DNA of 64,000 nucleotides from an uncultured virus (IMG/VR IMGVR_UViG_3300020047_004730). Lineage: Duplodnaviria > Heunggongvirae > Uroviricota > Caudoviricetes > Crassvirales. Under the pieces are notes generated by a model that saw only the letters and a list, made by a program, of their open reading frames with translations, was not told where the DNA came from and made no database searches. Where the stretch lies: the IMG/VR virus record IMGVR_UViG_3300020047_004730, one strand, 5' to 3'. Position numbers and translations under genes: made by a program. Below are positions 56,688-64,000 of the stretch, one piece after another. Each line of letters opens with the position of its first letter. The stretch's first letter is position 1.

Positions 56688-59600
56688 TTATTTTTTAGGT
56701 GTTTCAGCGTTTAGTACTAGTGTTATTATCGTTCCCTTTCTACCTCTAGCTTGAGTTAGAATAAACGATTCAGTTAATCCGTCACAGTATGTAACTCTAA
56801 GCTCTACCTCTCTATTTATTGAAGTATTATTTACAGCCACTTCTCCATAGATATTTTGAGATCCAGATCCAGATGTTGCGAAGTTACCTATCCAGTTAGT
56901 TCCAAATCCAATATTTACAGCTGTTATTGTCCAAGGAGAGTCAGTATTTATAGAGAATAGTAGGTATCCTAAATTATCTTTTGGTACGCTTAATGAGTTT
57001 CTACTTATCGAAAGTCTACAAGGTATAGATCTTTGAGAGTTGTTGCTAATCATGTACACATGATTGAATGGATCGTACGCACCTAACTTCTGAGTGAATG
57101 GATTGTCTCTCATCAAGTCTCTGAAGTAATCTCTCATCCCTAAAGACGATACCTCAACCATTGTATCTCCCTCCATTTGAAGTACCACACCGTTTCTAGG
57201 ATCTGCAAACCACATTAAGTCACCCCATGTAGCAAATGACTCTGGCGCATTACTTATCCCATACTCATACTGCATTGGTATTTGATTTCCAAGAACTTCT
57301 GGTATAGATGCTACCTGTCCTCCTCCAACTGAGTCAAACAATACGTTCTTACCGTACAGTACTCTTGAAACCTTTTTCTCTTGAAATACTCTAAGGTCTG
57401 TATCTCTTGCATGAAGTTTTTGAATGCTTGCGAATTCTCTATCTAAGTACTTGAAGTTAGCAAGACTTAAATTAAATTCATTCAGTCTGTTATACTGTGT
57501 GTTCTCATTGTATATTCCACTGTAGCAAATTGATGCATCATTTCTGATTTTCTTGTAGTTGTCAATTACCGTAGTGGCTCTTGGAGAGTATTCAATAGTT
57601 GTTTGATTGAAGTCATCATAAATACGGTCAGACTCCAATCCATTTCCCCATGCCCAAGCATTATAGTCACAGTTTGGATTAGCTGGAGTATTTAACTCAA
57701 TTACAGCTGCTTGATTAGATGATACAGACTGATCTTCATTTGATGATCCTGACAATATAACAGGTCCTGCAGCTACTGATCCAGTCCATGTCTTGTCTAT
57801 TATCATTTGATATCTATCTCTTGTTTGTAATACCTCATAGTCAGTACCTGCAACAGTTACTATATCACCTACAGTAAAGTAATGAGGTCTAGACCTATCA
57901 GATAATCTTAGTCTTGTTTTTGCTGCTAATCCAGCATATCCTAATGATGAAACATCAAACTTCCAAGTTACAATATGGTTTCCATTCTGATCTATTGGAT
58001 ACGTCTGAGATAACTCATGAAAAATGTCAGCGTCTGTATTTTTTGGTGATGTCTCGCAAAGTAGAGGAGTATCAGTTTGTGCTATTGAGAACCTAACTAC
58101 TATCTTATTTTCATCATTATCATCGTAACCAAATCCTTGTATAATCATATAAACAGGAGCTTGTACTCCACCTGAAGATATTCCTTGAGATATTACAAGT
58201 TGTGTATTTCCATCATTTGATGCATTAGAAGTAAATGGTGTAAATCCCCTTCTAAATGTAACTCCTCTTGAATTTGGTACATTTACACCATTAGTGTCGT
58301 ACTGATCAAACTCAAGATACGCTCCAGATTCAACAAACCATTCCTCTATATTTTCGTAGTATGAGCTAGAAGGTAGAAATTGCTGTATTGGTGCTTGTGC
58401 TACAGAGTTAAGAGAATCCTCAACTATCTGAAGTCTTATGACTGCTCCCGGTTGAATAGGATCTGTAAATCCTGCATTTACAATTGCTCCACCTCCATAT
58501 TGTCCCGGACTATATAATAAACTTTGAGATGGTAAACCAACTCCTCCAAAATAATTACCAGTAAGATTACCATTGCCTCTTACATTTATTTTCCAAACAT
58601 CTCCAGATGTATAGTTAGATTGTGTAAATAAAATACTCACATACGGTAATCCATCTCTATTAATTGTAACTGCAGATCCTTGAACTATGTTTGCTGCAGC
58701 AGACCATGGACCTGATCCATCTAATGATCTAGTATAACGAAATTGATTGTTATTTAATATCTCTATGGTAAATCTTGTATCTACAGCATATAAATTAAGA
58801 GGTGTCGAACTTACTAATTGTAATCCACTAGAGTCCCCATCACCATAATGTATAGGCTGTTCAACAGTTGCAAACCTACCTACTACTGGATATAATACAG
58901 CTCCAGCTCCCCATCCCGTAGACTCAATAGTTACATTTGTAATAGCTGACGGAGAGAATTGAGATAGTGAGTCAACCTTTATTTTAAAATATACACCCGG
59001 TATAGATCCAGATACAATTGCTCCAGCATTCTTTGACTCTAGCTCTAGTATCTTGTATTTCTTGTTTGACTGAGTTGGTCCATTAGGGTCTGATTTAAAT
59101 ATAATGTATTCACCAACCTTTACCTTGTCTACGTCTGAGTCATTAATCAAGAAGTATCGATATGCTCCACTTACATAGTAAAGTATTGGAAATACATTAT
59201 ATATCTTACTCTGACCTTGCTTTACTGCTATTCTATAGTTTGTCGCCCAACATGGAGCCGTGTGATTAATTCTTAGAAGCAACTGATTAGCCGAAGTTGA
59301 ATTTGCTGGCGGTATATAGATAGAGTTAGTGTCACATGTAAGTGCAGTAGTAAGTCGTCCATACTCATCAGAATACAACAAGGCAAACTCAAGATCTCTA
59401 TCCGATCTCCAAGTAGACATTGGGTTAAGAACTGTAGGTAATAGTGTAGGTTGTTTTATACCCAATGTAAAGTTGATATTTATATTATCACCATTACAAT
59501 CAATTATATCTCTAAACTGCTCGTAGTTTCCATACGCTAGTCTATTACCTATTACGTCTTGAGCCTTTGCTAGTAATGGAACATTATCAAATAGTCTAGT

Positions 59601-60584
59601 CACCTGATCTGTAGGTAGTGCTGCTAAAACTCTGTTATTCTTGAACGTAACAGTTACAGAGTCACCTGTCTGACTAAATCCCGGTAGGTTATCTTTTTCG
59701 TATGTCTCTACAATACCAACGTTCAAGCTTCTAGTGTCTCTAACTACTAATTGAATAGCCTTCACAAACTCGTTACCAGTCTCAAATGAAACCCGGCATG
59801 AGTTGTAAATATTTGTCATTGACTTATTGTTTCCTACCCCGTAGTCAAAATTATATTCATCAGGCATGAATGACACTGCTGAGAATGGAGATAGTGAGCT
59901 GTACTGATTATCTAAGTATAGGTATCTATATGCAAAATAAAGGAATTTCTCCTCCATGTTGTTTGCCTCTGGATCAGATGAATCCAAGAACGGATCAATA
60001 TGAGGTGCATACATTGGAGGATTAAGGATCACGTCAATGTCTTTATCAATTCGTGCATCATCAATGTTATACCCACCGATACCGTTAGCTCCTGCCTTTA
60101 CTCTTTTTATGTTTATTCTTCGTGGAGGGTTATAGTCGTCAGTCCAATACAAGAACGTATTCCCGTCTGGACCAATAATGTGATTTACTCCAGTGATTAA
60201 GTATTCCTTCTTAAAATTAAGTTTTGATGGAGTTGATTCGTTTGCCTTGTTTGACTGTAACACACGAACGGTTGTGCCTGTGTTCTCGTCGTACTCATAG
60301 ATTCCATCAAAGAAGTCTCCAGCAACAAACCAGTACAATAAACCTCCAGCCTCATACGTCACAGATCCAATCGTTCTAGCGTCTGTTGCGTTTCTACCTG
60401 ATACAGCAGCTATGTTTGCCGCTATTGTATTTCCTATTGAGTTCTGTGCAGCTCCTACATTTGATCCGGTAGATGTCTCTACAGTTATGTTTTGGGCATC
60501 TCTGTATTGACCTTGAGGCACAAGTCGCTCATCAAGGTCTTTGTTCATTACTCCTTGTATAAATGTATTCTTAAGTTCTGCCAT
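56688..60584 (-). CDS. Tail muzzle/stabilization protein (N-terminal part) with C-terminal BACON-like domain
   Basis: MNKDLDERLVP.GQYRDA.N, LYWTD..NPPR.IN, FAYRY, GNRLAYGNY, YGIS..PESFA. Confidence 0.75.
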   Translation of the reverse strand: MAELKNTFIQGVMNKDLDERLVPQGQYRDAQNITVETSTGSNVGAAQNSIGNTIAANIAAVSGRNATDARTIGSVTYEAGGLLYWFVAGDFFDGIYEYDENTGTTVRVLQSNKANESTPSKLNFKKEYLITGVNHIIGPDGNTFLYWTDDYNPPRRINIKRVKAGANGIGGYNIDDARIDKDIDVILNPPMYAPHIDPFLDSSDPEANNMEEKFLYFAYRYLYLDNQYSSLSPFSAVSFMPDEYNFDYGVGNNKSMTNIYNSCRVSFETGNEFVKAIQLVVRDTRSLNVGIVETYEKDNLPGFSQTGDSVTVTFKNNRVLAALPTDQVTRLFDNVPLLAKAQDVIGNRLAYGNYEQFRDIIDCNGDNININFTLGIKQPTLLPTVLNPMSTWRSDRDLEFALLYSDEYGRLTTALTCDTNSIYIPPANSTSANQLLLRINHTAPCWATNYRIAVKQGQSKIYNVFPILYYVSGAYRYFLINDSDVDKVKVGEYIIFKSDPNGPTQSNKKYKILELESKNAGAIVSGSIPGVYFKIKVDSLSQFSPSAITNVTIESTGWGAGAVLYPVVGRFATVEQPIHYGDGDSSGLQLVSSTPLNLYAVDTRFTIEILNNNQFRYTRSLDGSGPWSAAANIVQGSAVTINRDGLPYVSILFTQSNYTSGDVWKINVRGNGNLTGNYFGGVGLPSQSLLYSPGQYGGGAIVNAGFTDPIQPGAVIRLQIVEDSLNSVAQAPIQQFLPSSSYYENIEEWFVESGAYLEFDQYDTNGVNVPNSRGVTFRRGFTPFTSNASNDGNTQLVISQGISSGGVQAPVYMIIQGFGYDDNDENKIVVRFSIAQTDTPLLCETSPKNTDADIFHELSQTYPIDQNGNHIVTWKFDVSSLGYAGLAAKTRLRLSDRSRPHYFTVGDIVTVAGTDYEVLQTRDRYQMIIDKTWTGSVAAGPVILSGSSNEDQSVSSNQAAVIELNTPANPNCDYNAWAWGNGLESDRIYDDFNQTTIEYSPRATTVIDNYKKIRNDASICYSGIYNENTQYNRLNEFNLSLANFKYLDREFASIQKLHARDTDLRVFQEKKVSRVLYGKNVLFDSVGGGQVASIPEVLGNQIPMQYEYGISNAPESFATWGDLMWFADPRNGVVLQMEGDTMVEVSSLGMRDYFRDLMRDNPFTQKLGAYDPFNHVYMISNNSQRSIPCRLSISRNSLSVPKDNLGYLLFSINTDSPWTITAVNIGFGTNWIGNFATSGSGSQNIYGEVAVNNTSINREVELRVTYCDGLTESFILTQARGRKGTIITLVLNAETPKK

Positions 60585-61462
60585 TACTTGATTTGTTTGT
60601 TTTGTCCTCTCATTATCATCAACAAGTTGCCAGCCTTGATGTTACTTAGTCTAAGCTTTAGGTTTCTAAGTAGTGATGATTTTTTATCTCTAGCCCGTCG
60701 AACTATGTACTCTTGTATATTAACCTTGCTGTCAAGTATGCACCAAGTAATGTATGCGTACACGTACTTCTCAGCCATCTTATGGATTCTAACTTCTGAA
60801 TCGTCTACCTCTAATCCATCAGATATGTACTCAAGAACAACTCTTTGACCTGTAATATTATTTGCAAAGTCTATAACCCCTGACCGTTTGTTGATTGTGA
60901 AAGTTCCGTTGACATTCGCTCTGTCTGTCTCAAGTCCAAAACGACCGCCAGCTTGCCCGTCGAAGTACCAATTACCACCGAAACACCAGCCCATGCAATT
61001 GTTATAGACTCCGGGTCCAGAGTATAGAGACTGGTCAAGACGTCTGATGTCAAGCTCGGACTCACCCGTAATAACATTACCATTTATATTAAATGTTAGA
61101 TCATTGTTAGCGTCTTGAACGTATGCAGGAGTTGATATTCTAGATAAACTCTCTGACATAGGTAACAGTACGCCATTAATCTCTAGTGATAACTTAACAT
61201 AGTTTACGTAGTCATGTGGTAGTATCATCTTTAAGTCACTCCCAACTATATACTCTATGGACTTTGCCTCTCTTGACGTATCAAAGCTCATCTCTTTGAC
61301 CGCTTCCTTTGCATAAAACAATGCCTTGTATCTTCTTATATTGCTAATCAACTGATCATCCCCAACGTTAATTAACATGTAGTTGTTAACTAACTCGTCA
61401 AGAGTAACATACTGATAACTTCCCCAGTTAGCTGAATTTTGATAGTACTGCTGATCTGTCAT
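60584..61462 (-). CDS. Tail ring/adaptor protein
   Basis: LPHDYVNYVKLS, VLEYISDG motifs; position. Confidence 0.65.
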   Translation of the reverse strand: MTDQQYYQNSANWGSYQYVTLDELVNNYMLINVGDDQLISNIRRYKALFYAKEAVKEMSFDTSREAKSIEYIVGSDLKMILPHDYVNYVKLSLEINGVLLPMSESLSRISTPAYVQDANNDLTFNINGNVITGESELDIRRLDQSLYSGPGVYNNCMGWCFGGNWYFDGQAGGRFGLETDRANVNGTFTINKRSGVIDFANNITGQRVVLEYISDGLEVDDSEVRIHKMAEKYVYAYITWCILDSKVNIQEYIVRRARDKKSSLLRNLKLRLSNIKAGNLLMIMRGQNKQIK

Positions 61463-61465
61463 CTA

Positions 61466-62215
61466 TTATGATTTTTGTTGATTGTCATTAACCTCTTCTG
61501 CCTGCATTAATTGAACTACGTCAGCCTCTTGTATAGATACTCCAGCTAACTTACAAATCCCAACTACTAACCTAGGTGCATCCGTGTATGGAAGCTCAAA
61601 GTCTTGGAAGTCACTTGCTGATTGATTAAATACTGGTGCACCATCAGAAAGTATTGTATTGTACGTCCACTTAGGATCAAGTGGGTATCTCAAGTAGTTA
61701 ATAGTAACGTTTGCCGTTATTGACACTGGATAAACTTGTATGCCTTGAATGTCTGCTCCTGTAGCATACTCATTAAGTACATATACTGGGTATGTATTCG
61801 TAGGCGCAACCATACTTGATGAAAGCAAGTTTAGTATTTTAACTGGACTCACCTTCTCAATTTCTACAGTATTATTATACGTAAGTCTAATAATCTTGTA
61901 TGGCTTCGCTTCTAATGGCTGTGCTGGATTATCTCCCGGTACATAGAACCTATCTGATGTATTGTTATAAACAAGCACGTCTTCAATCAAGAACTTATCC
62001 ATTATCTCATGAAGTAATTCTGGAATGTCTGAGTATCCAGAGTTATGCATTCTAGCATTCTGCTTGTTGATTGCATTGCTATAGTCGTACATGTACTGAC
62101 CAAATAAATCCAACTGAGTATGTCTTGCAAACAAGTTGAATTCCTCTGGTGTAATGTATCCACGATTGTCTTTACTTACTATCGCTAAGACCGTATTTCT
62201 GATAGTATTAATCAT
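61466..62215 (-). CDS. Tail ring/adaptor protein
   Basis: NRGYITPEEFN, YLRYP..PKW, DFELP motifs; position. Confidence 0.65.
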   Translation of the reverse strand: MINTIRNTVLAIVSKDNRGYITPEEFNLFARHTQLDLFGQYMYDYSNAINKQNARMHNSGYSDIPELLHEIMDKFLIEDVLVYNNTSDRFYVPGDNPAQPLEAKPYKIIRLTYNNTVEIEKVSPVKILNLLSSSMVAPTNTYPVYVLNEYATGADIQGIQVYPVSITANVTINYLRYPLDPKWTYNTILSDGAPVFNQSASDFQDFELPYTDAPRLVVGICKLAGVSIQEADVVQLMQAEEVNDNQQKS

Positions 62216-62229
62216 AATGCAAAGATAGT

Positions 62230-62258
62230 AAAAAAGGGCACTCGATATGAATGCCCTT
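62230..62258 (-). terminator. Intrinsic terminator next to promoter element 62220-62227
   Basis: AAAAAAGGGCA...TGCCCTT. Confidence 0.6.
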
Positions 62259-62278
62259 AGTTTTGGTGAATGAGGTAA

Positions 62279-62782
62279 TTAAGACAGTGGACCTGTAACT
62301 AAAATTACGTCTGTATTCAATGTTGATAAAACCTCTCCAGCTCTTTTACCAGAATGAATTTCTGATAATAAGTTATTGATAGAGTCTACTACATATTCTG
62401 AATTCGCGTCAGACTTATGAGTGAGTGTAAGCGTGTCCATTGCTGCTTGAGCATGATTGTATTTAATCACTGTATTATATGCATCAGTTCTTGATGTGTA
62501 CATAATATTCTCAGCGCTAAACATTCTGTCCGTATAAGCGTCTCCAGCATAAATAGTGTAAGCTGTAAGCGTAGGAACTCCTCCTCCATCTACAGACAAT
62601 ACAGTATTGCTATCTACTTCTAATACAGTATATACAATCCCTGCTGCTACAACAATATCTCCTGCACTTACTGTAGCTAGGAAGTTTTGTCCAGCTTCAG
62701 TAAGTTTGTTATCAGTACCGGCAGAAGTGGTACCAGAATCTACTGATGTATTGTAGAGTCTTGTTTTTATGAATCTTGCCAT
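62279..62782 (-). CDS. Probable virion protein (paralog of 62793-63080)
   Basis: Shared FSAENI...YNH.Q...D..T.TH.SDA. Confidence 0.7.
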   Translation of the reverse strand: MARFIKTRLYNTSVDSGTTSAGTDNKLTEAGQNFLATVSAGDIVVAAGIVYTVLEVDSNTVLSVDGGGVPTLTAYTIYAGDAYTDRMFSAENIMYTSRTDAYNTVIKYNHAQAAMDTLTLTHKSDANSEYVVDSINNLLSEIHSGKRAGEVLSTLNTDVILVTGPLS

Positions 62783-62792
62783 GTCTTACTTA

Positions 62793-63080
62793 TTAAGAAA
62801 ATACAACTCCTGAAATAGCAACTGGTAATGTAACATCAATAATTACATCTGGACGATTTTTATTTCCATGTGCTGCAATAATTGCGTCGTTAAATAAACC
62901 TACAACCTTATCAGTAGCTGCATCTGAAGCATGAGTGAACGTTGCCACATCAAGACCAGATTGCTGATGGTTATAAGTAATAACAGTTGTCGTAGCTGCT
63001 GTACGTTCTGTTGTAATGATGTTCTCTGCTGAGAAAATACGCTCTGTACCGTTTACGGTAATGTTTAAGAATTTTGCCAT
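62793..63080 (-). CDS. Probable virion protein (likely start MAKFLNI)
   Basis: Promoter element at 63113-63120 lies inside the longer ORF-track call. Confidence 0.7.
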   Translation of the reverse strand: MAKFLNITVNGTERIFSAENIITTERTAATTTVITYNHQQSGLDVATFTHASDAATDKVVGLFNDAIIAAHGNKNRPDVIIDVTLPVAISGVVFS

Positions 63081-63123
63081 AGTCAAACCTTTTATGGGGT
63101 TAATAATAGGTACAAAGATAAAC

Positions 63124-63148
63124 AAAAAAGCCGACAGTTAAGTCGGCT
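63124..63148 (-). terminator. Intrinsic terminator
   Basis: AAAAAAGCCGAC-AGTTAA-GTCGGCT. Confidence 0.65.
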
Positions 63149-63154
63149 CTTATA

Positions 63155-63892
63155 TTAGTCTTCGTATTGTACCTGAAGGTATTTATAGAAATCAATTCCA
63201 TCGTCCGTCTGAAGGAAAGCAGATAATGCCGAAGCAGCTGATTCTCCTAATGGAACTGTCATTAATTTTTTCTTATTGTCTTTTAGGTTGTAGTAGATAT
63301 CTCTATCTCCATTTCGAAGTCCAACATATCCATCTCTGATTGCACGAGTTGCGATATCGTCTAACTCTAGGTCTGGATCATTTATTAAATCCATTAAATC
63401 GGTAGGATATTGTTCTGCAATCTTCATTACCTCCCACTTTAATTCATTTGGTGATAATTTATCCGTATTTATCTCTTTAAATATACGTATAATTGAAGAC
63501 ATCTTTTCAATAGACAAATCTCTAGCTATTATTTTAGCATCTAATATTGCATTTTCTCTATCAAAGTTTTCTTCTGCTTCTTTTTCAGGATCCCATTCCT
63601 CAAACAAATTACCATTTTGAGGATGACTTCTAAGAAAATTAATTAGCGTATGCTCAGTATCTCTAACTTTTAATACACCGTCTTCAAATATGATTGGTTC
63701 AAGTATGATGTTCTCATCTTGATCATCAACAAAAATAGACTCTTGATTGCTTGCGTATCGCATACTACGATTCTTTTTTTTCTTCTCATCGTAATAAAGA
63801 AGTCTTTTTGTTGGCATGTCTCTCGATTGAAGAATAAAAGACACGGGTGATTTTTTTCCTTTTAAAAGGAAAATAGTTTCTGATTTTTTCAT
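63155..63892 (-). CDS. Conserved protein downstream of the major capsid gene
   Basis: RYASNQES.F.DDQ...I.FEDG.L.V...FL..HP.N. Confidence 0.7.
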   Translation of the reverse strand: MKKSETIFLLKGKKSPVSFILQSRDMPTKRLLYYDEKKKKNRSMRYASNQESIFVDDQDENIILEPIIFEDGVLKVRDTEHTLINFLRSHPQNGNLFEEWDPEKEAEENFDRENAILDAKIIARDLSIEKMSSIIRIFKEINTDKLSPNELKWEVMKIAEQYPTDLMDLINDPDLELDDIATRAIRDGYVGLRNGDRDIYYNLKDNKKKLMTVPLGESAASALSAFLQTDDGIDFYKYLQVQYED

Positions 63893-63957
63893 TTGATATA
63901 GATTTGAATTAAATTAAAAGAAAGGGGAGAGAACTCGTCCCTCCCCATTCGGGTTTC

Positions 63958-64000
63958 TTATTTAAATAAGAAGAAATTGTTTGCACCAAGAGTACAAAGT
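63958..64000 (-). CDS. Major capsid protein, C-terminal tip (partial)
   Basis: ...LCTLGANNFFLFK*, followed by a hairpin at about 63923-63946; recalled as an MCP C-terminus of this phage type. Confidence 0.55.
   Translation of the reverse strand, partial: LCTLGANNFFLFK

Noticed and set aside
937..63892. Stop-codon reassignment as in some crAss-like phages
   Set aside because: Long genes are intact in the standard code, and TAG/TGA serve as real stops with tightly coupled neighbours

Overview
The window is most of one dsDNA tailed-phage genome, probably a short-tailed phage of a Bacteroidota (Flavobacteriia-like) host. The host call rests on TAnnTTTG promoters, a DUF3127 SSB, a BACON-like domain and Bacteroidota-type signal peptides. 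Minus strand (1-19.3 kb and 39.3-64 kb): virion and late genes, including scaffold, portal, terminase, lysis cassette, tail fibres, GroEL plus two GroES-like genes, a 3479-aa polyvalent protein, ejection proteins, tail ring/muzzle proteins and the end of the major capsid gene. Plus strand (20.9-39.2 kb): early and replication genes, including many small ORFs, an exonuclease, SSB, primase-helicase, SF2 helicase, VRR-NUC and a metallophosphoesterase. I recognise no DNA polymerase or integrase. Best candidates for novelty: (1) a glycosyltransferase resembling plant peptide O-glycosyltransferases (GT95/GT96), coupled to a poly-Thr mucin-like protein and sitting between the two halves of a split tail muzzle gene, i.e. 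a possible virion O-glycosylation system; (2) a control region with a dif/XerCD site, two mutually inverted TGACG-iteron origin-like elements, a boxA-like leader and a variant hammerhead ribozyme; (3) a tRNA-Leu-like RNA with no canonical anticodon arm and an extra D-loop hairpin. All functional calls come from motif recognition by eye; no searches were run.
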